Shown here piece after piece: positions 42,360-51,460 of a stretch of 64,000 nucleotides of DNA. The stretch spans positions 64,001 to 128,000 of the forward strand of contig CAVPLT010000002.1 in NCBI GenBank assembly GCA_963706325.1, written 5' to 3'. The translations under genes and the position numbers were made by a program. A model generated the notes under the pieces. The model ran no database searches. It was not told where the DNA came from and saw only the letters and a list, made by a program, of their open reading frames with translations. Each line of letters opens with the position of its first letter. The stretch's first letter is position 1. The stretch comes from an uncultured Nitrospiraceae bacterium. GTDB taxonomy: Bacteria > Nitrospirota > Nitrospiria > Nitrospirales > Nitrospiraceae.

Positions 42360-43733
42360 TCCACGATGCCACACCGTCTTGTGCCGTCCTCCACCCTCAT
42401 TGGTCTCTGTCACGGGATGGGCCAGCCCCGCCCGAGTCAACATGGCCTTAGCTTGGGCGAGTCGAGCCGCCGACACGTTGCGGGAGAACAGAGCCGAAAC
42501 GCTGGTATCGTCCAAGCTGCCATGCGCCTCTATGGCGCGTAAGATCGTATCCGCGTGAGGATCGCCGGTGTTGTCCCCCAAAATGTAGCGGGTCGAGGCC
42601 TCGGCATAGCTCCAGAGCGCACAGGCGGCAGAGAGGTGCACGGACTCAATGACGGCTTGCCCATCGAGGACCGCATAGAGGGCTGCGAGGCGCATGACCT
42701 GAGACTCCGCACGCCCGAGGAGATCGCCGGCCATGCCAGGACGTTCTTGGGAGAGCGCATGATACAGAGCGGCCCAGACAGGCTGGGCGTCCGAGGCGAG
42801 CGTCAACGGCGACATGCTGCGGCCGGCTTGGAGCCGTGCCCGAAGTCGTCGGCTCAGCGCGTCCATTTCAGCAGGATGGGGACTTGAGGGAAAGGGCAGC
42901 TCGTTGGAGGACCGTTTCACCGCAATCCACACAAATCGATTCCCGAAGCCGTTACAGGCTTCCGTACTCGTCAGATTTCTCAAAAGTTCATTCTGCGTCA
43001 CGTGCCCGACGATCCCCACGTGAGGGGCGGTGGCCCGGATCCGGTTGCCCTTCGTCATGGGCGCGAGGTCTTTGCCGTCCCAGGCGTCCTGCAACACGCC
43101 CGAGAGACTGTTCCCGTCCCGCTCCATGACGCGGAGCACCACGCCAAATTCGGTTTGTACGAGAAAGAGCCGCTTGTCTTCGATGCCGCTATCTACGAGA
43201 ACTCGTTGCGTCTCTCCGGTTAACTTTCCGTTCTGTCTGATCGGCTCTTCTTTGTATTGAGGATCTCGGACCGAGAAGGCCAAGCCTTCACCGCTGGAGA
43301 GCGTGCCGCGACATTCGCCACGGGTCCACACCGGGTCTGCGTGTTGGCACAGACTTTCAATGCGCTTGTCCGCCGTGCCCTTCCGGCTCTTGCTGGATTT
43401 CCCCACGAGCACCGGCCAAAACAGAAGCGGATGATACCCGCCGTCCAAGATGAGGTGCGGCGCGCGGCCCAACATGACGCCGACCTCCGACAGCAATGAG
43501 ACGAGCAGCGCCACAGGGGCGGCTTCAGTATGTGGCTCGTACAGCCGGACCACCTCGCCCGCCAGTCCATGCAGCGCTTCATCGTTCAGGGTGGGCCAGG
43601 TGTCCGCTATCGGCGCCGGCTCTGCGGACTCAGGGACTAACGGGGCTATCCGGTCAAGAAAGTGATCATGAACAAGCTCCGTGTCAGTCTTAGTGAATCG
43701 CTCGACTTGCTGGAGAAATGCCGTGTCACGCAT
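42333..43733 (-). CDS. DUF3987/YfjI-like replication P-loop protein
   Basis: LVGKSSKSRKGT, LSSGEGL, LQDAWDG, NGFGNRF, RLAALYA. Confidence 0.8.
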   Translation of the reverse strand: MRDTAFLQQVERFTKTDTELVHDHFLDRIAPLVPESAEPAPIADTWPTLNDEALHGLAGEVVRLYEPHTEAAPVALLVSLLSEVGVMLGRAPHLILDGGYHPLLFWPVLVGKSSKSRKGTADKRIESLCQHADPVWTRGECRGTLSSGEGLAFSVRDPQYKEEPIRQNGKLTGETQRVLVDSGIEDKRLFLVQTEFGVVLRVMERDGNSLSGVLQDAWDGKDLAPMTKGNRIRATAPHVGIVGHVTQNELLRNLTSTEACNGFGNRFVWIAVKRSSNELPFPSSPHPAEMDALSRRLRARLQAGRSMSPLTLASDAQPVWAALYHALSQERPGMAGDLLGRAESQVMRLAALYAVLDGQAVIESVHLSAACALWSYAEASTRYILGDNTGDPHADTILRAIEAHGSLDDTSVSALFSRNVSAARLAQAKAMLTRAGLAHPVTETNEGGGRHKTVWHRGTKETNLTN

Positions 43734-44182
43734 GTTGCAGACCCTCCGCTTCCAATAGTTGCCACGCACGGCCGACGGGATCGAGCGCCGCGGCGAGTCC
43801 ATCATCGGTCCAGGCTTCAATGGAAAGTCCATGGGCCGCTCGCACCAGGGAGTCCGCTTCTCGGAGCACATCCGCCTGCCGGCCGTTCGCCTTCTCAATT
43901 GCCTCCCGTGCCGCTTTCCTGTGCCCGCTACTCCCACACGCGACGACGCTCACCCGAATCCCATTCGCCGCTATCAAAGAAGAGGTCTGAAATTCTGAGG
44001 CCGAGCGTGCGCGTAATGTCTTCAGCGCTGCAGCCAGCCCAACACTTGAGTAAGACACCGCGATCTCCTTCTCTCACGCTGAGGCTGGGGGAGCGGTCAT
44101 CATGGGAGGGACATCGCGCGAGCCAACTTCGAGGGGTCTGCTTCGCACCGTCCACGAGCTGAACGAAGGCATTGATGGTCAT
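43726..44182 (-). pseudogene. Primase-type Zn-finger protein, interrupted by stop/frameshift near 43928
   Basis: ARCPSHDDRSPSLSV...LLKCWAGC...LGLRISDLF; downstream frame overlaps DUF3987 start (ATGCGTGA). Confidence 0.75.
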
Positions 44183-44385
44183 CGTGTGGTGACCCTGTTC
44201 TCTTGCAAGTCCAGCAAGCCAGCGATGGCTCGGTGTGCCTGTCGAATTAACTCGCGCTGCTCCGGAGTCCACGTCTGTTGTCGCCACACTCGCTCCAACC
44301 ATTCGACAATCAAACGAAGGGCTCGCGAGACAGTGAGAGAGAAGGGTGTCTTGTGAATGGATCGCAACTCACGTATTGTCCTCAT
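44179..44385 (-). CDS. Hypothetical protein
   Basis: Translationally coupled (ATGA) to the Zn-finger gene. Confidence 0.5.
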   Translation of the reverse strand: MRTIRELRSIHKTPFSLTVSRALRLIVEWLERVWRQQTWTPEQRELIRQAHRAIAGLLDLQENRVTTR

Positions 44386-44474
44386 TGTTCAGGGGGTCCT
44401 TTCTATTTGAGCCGGTCGAGGAGGTAATGACTCCTCGCCGGCTTTCCCTTTGTTAGACCGTGTCATCGCTCGTG

Positions 44475-44678
44475 TTATCCCACCGTCGTGCGATTTCTGA
44501 GCGCCTGACGAACTTCCGTGAGTGAGAACCGCACGCCTCGGCCTTTGACTCCCACTTTGTAGGCTGGGACTCGGCCAGCCTTCGCCATTTTGTAGAAAGT
44601 CGCTTTTGGCAAGCCTAGTGCAGCCGCGCATGCATCTGCGTCGATTAGAGGCGCTTCGGCAGTTGATGTAGATTCCAT
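44475..44678 (-). CDS. AlpA/excisionase-like HTH protein
   Basis: LIDADACAAALGLPKATFYKMAKAGRVPAYKVG...VRFSLTEV. Confidence 0.8.
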   Translation of the reverse strand: MESTSTAEAPLIDADACAAALGLPKATFYKMAKAGRVPAYKVGVKGRGVRFSLTEVRQALRNRTTVG

Positions 44679-44803
44679 GATCTCTCCCCGGTGTTGTGCG
44701 CTTCACCTCGAAGCACACTGATGCTCCAGGAATACCACCAGGAAGAAATGGGGAATACTGCCGTTATGGGATGAAGGTAATTAAAGAAGACAGCTGGGAG
44801 ACT

Positions 44804-45439
44804 TTATTTGCGACCGGTGGGCCTGCCGCGCTTTTTCTTTTGATCGCGCGGATCAATAGCACGGAGCCAGAGTTGAAGGGTTCTATCACTGTATTTGTCT
44901 ACGAATGGTTTCAGTCCGGGTGAATTGATGATCTCCTTGAATGTTGCCGTGGGATTCAGGGCCCATTCTTCCTTGCCAATTTGTTGCACGCTGGGTTTGT
45001 CGACAAAATCCGGCCGCTTCCTGACGGCGACTTTGGCATGGTAACCTTTTACGGCTACATCGCCAGCCAACAGACGCAGGCCTTCCTCCTCACCAAGCTG
45101 AACGGCTTTAGAAATCTCCACAAGTGTTTCGAGGCCATCGTCATAAGTCGGCATCTTTTGTTTCACCAGAACCATGACGAGAGCTGCGTACTTGTATTCA
45201 ACTTGATACTCAAATTGTTTCCGGAGGTCTTCGTAGGTCATCCGACGTTCTATTGCCAAATGAAAGAGCTTGGTTCTTGCCGAATAGAATCTGCTCATGC
45301 ATGGTTTTTGGATCCAGTCAGGCGGAATCCCCTTGATGCCGTCATAAGGCGCCTCTAGCCATGTCTCTAATTCAGGGGCCGAAGACGGAGGAGACGGTTC
45401 TTGAACGGCCGGTGTTGTGAAAGTCGGCTTCTTCGGCAT
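44804..45439 (-). CDS. Hypothetical protein with C-terminal HTH-like region and basic GRP tail
   Basis: YSDRTLQLWL...KKKRGRP; AGGAG RBS. Confidence 0.55.
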   Translation of the reverse strand: MPKKPTFTTPAVQEPSPPSSAPELETWLEAPYDGIKGIPPDWIQKPCMSRFYSARTKLFHLAIERRMTYEDLRKQFEYQVEYKYAALVMVLVKQKMPTYDDGLETLVEISKAVQLGEEEGLRLLAGDVAVKGYHAKVAVRKRPDFVDKPSVQQIGKEEWALNPTATFKEIINSPGLKPFVDKYSDRTLQLWLRAIDPRDQKKKRGRPTGRK

Positions 45440-45554
45440 GTCCACTCCTGCGTGTGGGCCTGGTGAGAGGAGGGCAGTACCAGCTCCAGGAAAGCTGGCC
45501 GATCGGGTGATCAAGCCCGATCGTTACTGCCCGTGTGAGTGTAGCGTTAGAGAA

Positions 45555-45923
45555 TCACGATGTGAAGTGCCGCGTTGCGGTGAATAAGGCCGCAACGAGC
45601 TCAGGATTCTCCTCGCGCCACTGTTGCCAACTTTCATCGGTGAGCTTCCACGCAAGCCATTCCGGATGGTCTGGCGAGGGCGTAAACGGCTGACGATTCG
45701 CCTTGCAGCGTGCGCATCGTTGTGGCCGTCGCGCGATCATAAAGAGATGGCTCCCGCAAAAGTACAGTCCGCATCCGTACTCGCCGCCGTATGGTTGTCC
45801 ACCGCACACATAGGCCAACCCGCGATCGATCTCTTTCCCGCACCCTGGGTGGTCACAGTAGACGGGTACTCCATGCCCGATATCGCGCTTCCAATTCTCG
45901 TCATACCCTAATGACCAGCCCAT
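45555..45923 (-). CDS. Cys-rich phage-type hypothetical protein
   Basis: MGWSLGYDENWKRDIG...CDHPGC...IDRGLAYVCGG...GCGLYFC. Confidence 0.7.
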   Translation of the reverse strand: MGWSLGYDENWKRDIGHGVPVYCDHPGCGKEIDRGLAYVCGGQPYGGEYGCGLYFCGSHLFMIARRPQRCARCKANRQPFTPSPDHPEWLAWKLTDESWQQWREENPELVAALFTATRHFTS

Positions 45924-46061
45924 GACGTGTCCTCCTCCATGAACCCCTCAACCCGGCCATGCTTCCCTCACCTCGCGGGAATGGTGGACGGTCATCTGAG
46001 CTGGTGCTGAGGGTACTGGTGCCGGTGGCATTCGTATCAACTCGTTCAGACATCACCCACA

Positions 46062-47056
46062 TCAGCTCCACGCCATGGTTTCGGCCAAGCGATACTCTTG
46101 AGAGACAGGTTCCGCGTCCGTCTCTGCTGGCTTCAAGGCCCACATCCAGTCCGCATAGGCCTGAATGATTCACTGATTTTCTCGAAATTCAACCGCGTAT
46201 AGATGGCCACCGGCCTGGAGTCGTAGTGGTTCAGTACGGCTTTTGCCGTTAAGTCATCGGCTTTGATCTCGTTATACAAGTAGGTGGCCAGCGTGCGGCG
46301 GAAATCGAGCAGCCACAGGTCGGGCATGTTCAGTTCAATCCTGAGACGGTCCCACACCTTCCTCGCCGAGCCTTCACGGAGACTATGTCCGTAGTGTCCT
46401 GGAAAGACAAAGTCGGCGTTTCTTGGGAGCGCACGAATGTAGTGAAGCGCCTGGGTAGGAATCTGAACAAATTGAGGCCGTTTATTTTTGGTGAATCGCT
46501 TCAGCCACTTCCCGTTGTCATCGATCGCATCCCAGCGCATCTCGCACAATTCCTTGATCCGTCCAGGTACCAAAATGCGGCAGGCAAAAAACGCCTGATA
46601 CTTGGGAGACAGGTACTCCAGGGCTCCGAGGAGAGCCCTGATTTCGTTCCGGTCCATGACCCGTTCACGCGGGATGTAGTCGTGCTTATTCACCCTCCAC
46701 GCGGGATTGTGTCCCTCGTAGATCGGGCGTCGGGTGAGTGGGTCAATGCGATCACTGGCCCAGCTGTAGGCCTGCTTGATGAGCCCGAGAGTCTTATTTG
46801 CCTGTGATGGCACGGCCTCCAGGGATTGCTTGAGCAGGAGCACGTCATACCGAGTGATAGCACTCGCGAGACGATCCCGCCATTTGGGAGTATCGAAATA
46901 GAGTTTATAAGTGTATTCGTATGCCCTACCACTCGAACGGGAGCCGAGATGCTTGAGGTATCCCTGCATGAGCGCACCGAACGTAATCCCGTTGTTGATC
47001 TGTTCCGGCACGGCCGGTAGGGGCGTGGGTGGTTGGTCCGTCAGAACATTCATCAT
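46062..47056 (-). CDS. Second tyrosine recombinase, frameshift near 46170
   Basis: PGRIKELCEMRW, TKN, LDFRRTLAT, VLNH, IYTR; tail IIQAYADWMW in adjacent frame. Confidence 0.8.
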
Positions 47057-47122
47057 CACTTGTCCTTTCCATGAGCTGTGCGCGGGGAAGCAAAGGCCTC
47101 CCCCGCATGGGTCCTGGATGGG

Positions 47123-47398
47123 CTACCCCTTCTTCCGCTTCAGCTGCAGTTCCAGTCGTCGCACCTCTGTCGCGCTAAGCTTCGTGATGTCGTGTCGCGC
47201 GATGTAGGCCCACGGCCGCTGCTTGCGTTCCCGCTTCAGATCTCGGACGGCTTCGCGCAGATCATCGGTGATCGTGCCGCATGACTCGAAGGGCCCGTAG
47301 TCCGAGTGGTCTGTGCATACTTCATATTGAATTTTTGTGAGCGTGTTTCCCTCCGCAATCACACGGGGTGAGGCTTTCTTAGTGGCGTTCTTCTTCAT
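47123..47398 (-). CDS. Hypothetical protein
   Basis: AGGACAGGAA RBS; MKKNATKK. Confidence 0.5.
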   Translation of the reverse strand: MKKNATKKASPRVIAEGNTLTKIQYEVCTDHSDYGPFESCGTITDDLREAVRDLKRERKQRPWAYIARHDITKLSATEVRRLELQLKRKKG

Positions 47399-47588
47399 GG
47401 TTTCCTGTCCTTTCTGTCTGTTTGGTGCCTCTTCCCGCGATGGACAACAGGTGTTCCAGCCGACTGAGCGAGATGCTGGTACCGAGTTTGGACTGTAACC
47501 GAAGGCCACGACCGCCGCGCCCGTTGCGCATGCGCCCGTGGTCATTCGCGGGGGAGCGAAATTGTTTAAAGTTCATCGGGTCGGCTCC

Positions 47589-47903
47589 CTATTCGTTGAC
47601 TACCTTAATCTTTGGATCCAGGTGCTGGAGAATCACCATCACCTCATCGAGGTTCGTCCTGATTTGGTCGAGGTTCTCCGCGAACAATTCCATTGTCGCT
47701 CTCATGTCGTGGCGGTCGGTCTTTGCACTTTCTGAAGCAGCGGGTGTGGCACTCGCGATCATGCGCGCAATGCTTTCCAGCTGGGTCACTTTGTCAAACG
47801 AGTGGGCGGTCATGTCGTGCGCCCATGTCAGCGTGCCATGTTTCGATTTCCAATCATCCATAATTCCCTTGACGAGTGTGGGCTTCGTGGTGGTTTTTGG
47901 CAT
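47589..47903 (-). CDS. Hypothetical protein
   Basis: AAGGAGG RBS; helical C-terminus. Confidence 0.55.
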   Translation of the reverse strand: MPKTTTKPTLVKGIMDDWKSKHGTLTWAHDMTAHSFDKVTQLESIARMIASATPAASESAKTDRHDMRATMELFAENLDQIRTNLDEVMVILQHLDPKIKVVNE

Positions 47904-47948
47904 GATGCCTCCTTGTGACTGTGCGGGTTGCTGCCGGGGCTTTTTCGC

Positions 47949-48110
47949 TCACTTCCCTTTCTGCCCTTTCATGGGCGGGCTGAAATGTTGCGTGAGTAAC
48001 CGCCGTATCAGCCCGCTGGCCGTGGTGCCTTCGGCGCGCATGGCGCTGAGCTTGCTCTTTATTGACTTTGGAATTTGGATTTTCAGTCGTTCCATGGGCT
48101 CCGGTTTCAT
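47949..48110 (-). CDS. Ribbon-helix-helix (CopG/Arc-like) protein
   Basis: RLKIQIP alternating strand, helix, TTASGLIRRLL; AAGGAG RBS. Confidence 0.65.
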   Translation of the reverse strand: MKPEPMERLKIQIPKSIKSKLSAMRAEGTTASGLIRRLLTQHFSPPMKGQKGK

Positions 48111-48137
48111 GCGGTCGTCTCCTTTCATTAAGCTACT

Positions 48138-48212
48138 ATGGGACCATGGTATCATGGGACCTCAATGGGTCAAGTGTGTCCAATTGACACCCATGAAGCG
48201 TTTCGCTACCTT
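48138..48212. promoter_or_regulatory. Divergent sigma70-like promoters overlapped by 8-bp repeats
   Basis: Rightward TTGACA(48184)-17-TACCTT; leftward TTGACC(48173)-16-TACCAT; ATGGGACC ATGGTATC ATGGGACC tca ATGGGTCA. Confidence 0.55.
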
Positions 48213-48220
48213 TGCGCCGC

Positions 48221-48394
48221 ATGGAACAAGAAGACACAAAGAGGCAACAGATGGGTGTGCGCATAGCAGCAAACCTCATCGTCGAATCGAAGGTTTTAGC
48301 AGCTCGTCAGAAACGTAGATTGAACGAGCTAGTCGAGGAGGCCCTGCAGGATCTCTTGAAGAAGTACGCGAGTGCGAAGAAGAAATCAGGTTAG
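48221..48394 (+). CDS. Ribbon-helix-helix protein
   Basis: QQMGVRI strand, KVLAARQKRRLNELVEEALQDLLKKY. Confidence 0.75.
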   Translation: MEQEDTKRQQMGVRIAANLIVESKVLAARQKRRLNELVEEALQDLLKKYASAKKKSG

Positions 48395-48408
48395 TCGGAG
48401 GGACCGCT

Positions 48409-48765
48409 ATGTCACTTTCATCTGCACCACTCAACCACTGTCCTGCCCCACTCGTGCCAATCATCTTGGAGGTTATTGCGGCGCACAATTCAGCCATGCC
48501 GAGTGCGGGCGAAGGCATCCACGAAAAAAAGATTGAGATGGCCGGCAGCGAATACGATCAGTTGCTGGTGCTCTATTACGAATCCTTTGGGAGCCCCTTC
48601 TCCTGCAATGATCCACAAAAAGGAGTGACGTACACCCTGTCTTTCGTCGACAAACCGGCCGTCGTGCACGAAACCATCACCAACGCGGCTCGCCACTATA
48701 CCGCTCGTGTGAAACTGATGAAATTGCCGCCGCTCCCGGATCTGGAAGACCAACCTAGTCCATAG
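48409..48765 (+). CDS. Hypothetical protein
   Basis: GGAGG RBS; follows the RHH gene. Confidence 0.5.
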   Translation: MSLSSAPLNHCPAPLVPIILEVIAAHNSAMPSAGEGIHEKKIEMAGSEYDQLLVLYYESFGSPFSCNDPQKGVTYTLSFVDKPAVVHETITNAARHYTARVKLMKLPPLPDLEDQPSP

Positions 48766-48794
48766 CTCAATAGGACATTTCATAAGGAGAGCCG

Positions 48795-49043
48795 ATGAAC
48801 CACCCCATGCCAGGTATTATGTGGGCGCTTGTTCGACAGCAAATCCAGGTGGAAGCCATCATTAGCGCGCTGGCCGTACAACAGCCGTCACTTCCTCAAC
48901 AGATCATGGCGCAGCTTGAGACCTTACGAACAAGTGGTCGTGTAAAGGAAATCATCGCCGAGGTCTACGAGCAGGTGAATCAGGCGGAAGACGGGGCGTG
49001 GCTCAGCCGACACGGGATACGCGACCCGGCCACGGGCAAATGA
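48795..49043 (+). CDS. Hypothetical protein
   Basis: TAAGGAG RBS. Confidence 0.5.
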   Translation: MNHPMPGIMWALVRQQIQVEAIISALAVQQPSLPQQIMAQLETLRTSGRVKEIIAEVYEQVNQAEDGAWLSRHGIRDPATGK

Positions 49044-49189
49044 GGCAAGATCAAGCCCCGCTCTTCTCTGGAGTAATTCCATGACCGTTCCGACCGGTAA
49101 GAAGTGCCCACGCTGTGGCAGAATCATGAAGCAGAGCGCTGGCATGCAGCCTGGCGCGATTCAATTATTTTTATTACCTGGAGATTGAG

Positions 49190-49654
49190 ATGAACATGTC
49201 ACTGCCTCTCAGCCGGGCTGGAGTGGCCCAAACGGCATTCGGGATATGGAGAAGTGGTCCGACTGTGGCGTGGGTCCTTGTTATAATGATTTGGGGGTTG
49301 CCGCTAGCTGGATGCACGAATCCACCAACCCGGCCTGTGCTTGGGGCGTTTACTGGAGATGAGCGCGAGATAACCTATCTCGACCAGGTGCGACGGCGCG
49401 ACTCCTCTGCGCTCCAGACTCCGGAGTCGGTCCACAATGCCCTATCCTTCTATCGCGACATGAAGTTCCAGCAACGCGCCCTTTTTCTTCGGTTCCACCG
49501 ACAGTACCCCGAGGCGACACCGCAGGAAATGGCGACCCTGGTGCAGGATGCCCTACCACGGGAGACGCGTTCTGACCTTCCGAACATTCCACCACCAGCC
49601 TTCCAGTGCTTTAGCGTGAACGCAGGGAAAACCCAATCCCTTTCCTGTAATTGA
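49190..49654 (+). CDS. Putative lipoprotein
   Basis: Hydrophobic segment followed by LAGC lipobox. Confidence 0.55.
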   Translation: MNMSLPLSRAGVAQTAFGIWRSGPTVAWVLVIMIWGLPLAGCTNPPTRPVLGAFTGDEREITYLDQVRRRDSSALQTPESVHNALSFYRDMKFQQRALFLRFHRQYPEATPQEMATLVQDALPRETRSDLPNIPPPAFQCFSVNAGKTQSLSCN

Positions 49655-49847
49655 TCAGTATTAATGGCCGCAATGCGTTTCAAATGTTGTCATGAAGCTG
49701 CGCACTGGCACTCAGCCATGGAGCGGGATCTGGACCTGGGTGCGCTGCAAAAATGAAACGGTGAAGAAGCGGGAGTAGTCTCGCCGGCACAAAGCTATTT
49801 CAGTCGTCGGTGCTCATGCTCCTCACAAGAAAATTGAGAAGGCGCGA

Positions 49848-50069
49848 ATGTTCCCTCCAAGCTTTGATCTCCATGTTGGTTTGCCCTCAATGGCGGTGGG
49901 CGTCGCATTGTACTTTCTTCCCACAATCATCGCGTGGGTGCGGGCGCATTACAATCGTGTCGCGATCTTGATGCTGAACCTCCTACTGGGTTGGACCGTC
50001 GTGGGATGGATCGTATCTCTAGTCTGGTCCTTTACTAATCCCCCACCGAGCACCCATCACCAGGCATGA
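49848..50069 (+). CDS. Superinfection immunity protein (T4 Imm-like)
   Basis: LYFLPTIIA...ILMLNLLLGWTVVGWIVSLVWS. Confidence 0.88.
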   Translation: MFPPSFDLHVGLPSMAVGVALYFLPTIIAWVRAHYNRVAILMLNLLLGWTVVGWIVSLVWSFTNPPPSTHHQA

Positions 50070-50509
50070 CGCTCTTCAAACTCGGCTTGCTCTTATTCTG
50101 GACGCTCTGGCTTCTGATCGTGTTTCTCACCAATCTCTTTGAGTGGCTCAAGGTGCTGCGGATCGTCCCGCCGTACTGGAAATTCGCCTCTTCAAATTAT
50201 CAGGCCATCGTCCAAGCGACTGGCATCTATCAGGCACCTGAGTGGGTGGCCAAGGTTTTGTTCCTCGGCGTGCTCATCTGGCAGTGTGGAACGCTTCTCG
50301 CGTTCGGACGTGCGCTCCTGTCCATGTGGTGGTATGGAATGTGGCTCTTGGGCCCCGTCATGGAGGCCTTCGCGGCGAGCTTAGGACTTCTGGCCGCCTT
50401 TATCCTAGCCGATGAGATCTTCAAGCAGTATGACCTTGAGCGGGCACACCTCCTGTTGTTCATCGCTCAATTACTGACGGTGCTCTCGATCTATGTGTTG
50501 CCTGCCTAA
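50066..50509 (+). CDS. Four-TM membrane protein
   Basis: Four hydrophobic helices; coupled to Imm gene by ATGA overlap. Confidence 0.7.
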   Translation: MTLFKLGLLLFWTLWLLIVFLTNLFEWLKVLRIVPPYWKFASSNYQAIVQATGIYQAPEWVAKVLFLGVLIWQCGTLLAFGRALLSMWWYGMWLLGPVMEAFAASLGLLAAFILADEIFKQYDLERAHLLLFIAQLLTVLSIYVLPA

Positions 50510-50750
50510 GCGTTGACCAGGATTGCTTGGATTCGAGTACGGTGACACAAGTCATTCAGCCTCCTGCAGTCTCCACGTATTGGGAAGTCCACCCGCTGGC
50601 ACCTTCTGCGCGTACAGCATTGCCGTCCTAACTCGTAATGGCTCTTCCAGCGAAGGCATACCGGCTCCGATCCCCCACGAATGTCACCACTGGGCAAGTC
50701 CTAGGGGCTTGCCTACTGCCCTGGACTGTTTGGACGGCGCACCATAGCGC

Positions 50751-51206
50751 ATGACTAACCTACAAAAATTACCCCATATCTCTCTGGCCGAGGTGCAGGC
50801 CAGCTCCGAAGCCGAGGGACATCCTCTTCTCCTGGCGTTTGACGACGGGACGGGGCCTGGAGGGACGTACTGGAAGGCGGGTGATCCAGGGGAACAGACG
50901 ATTACCGTGACGTTCCGGGAGCCCTGCACGCTCGCGCAGATCACCATGGAAGTGGAAGAGCGGGAAGTCGAACGCACTCAGGAGGTGCAGCTCGCGTTGT
51001 CGGTTGACGGAGGACAAACGTATCGAGAACTCGTCAGTCAGGAGTTCAACTTCAGCCCGCAGGGTGCGACGTGGGAACAAGAAACCTGGCAACCCCCCAA
51101 GAAGACCGAGTCACCAATCTTCGATTAGTTATCAAGCCCGATAAAGGCGGACCGAATACCATGCGACGCTGACCTCTCTGAGTTTGTGGCAGGCGGCCTG
51201 ACATGA
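50751..51206 (+). pseudogene. Discoidin/galactose-binding-fold (APC10-like) protein, frameshifted 3' end
   Basis: SSEAEGHP...WKAGDPGEQTI...QEFNFSPQGAT; VTNLRLVIKPDKGG in next frame. Confidence 0.65.
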
Positions 51207-51297
51207 CATTCCCTCTCTTCGATTGCCTTTACGCGAATCCCTTCTCACCCTGGTGATTAGCCTCTACCATTCTTACAACAAATATACGCAAAAACCC

Positions 51298-51326
51298 TAT
51301 ACATTTATGACCGTTACCTATATAAT
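51298..51326 (+). promoter_or_regulatory. Sigma70-like promoter upstream of the ejection-protein-like gene
   Basis: TATACA-17 bp-TATAAT in an AT-rich tract. Confidence 0.5.
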
Positions 51327-51460
51327 CGGATCCATGGTTTTCACCCCTTCACCCGGCAGCGACACTGCCATAACGGAGCCTGTTATGGATGCGGTCGATG
51401 CCTGAGCTCTCTAAGCCATCCCGCAGGCGCCACACCTTAATTAGAAAGGTAGGTGCCCGC

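Noticed and set aside
47422..48318. 298-aa plus-strand ORF
   Set aside because: Overlaps minus-strand genes with strong RBSs and the divergent promoter region; no motifs.
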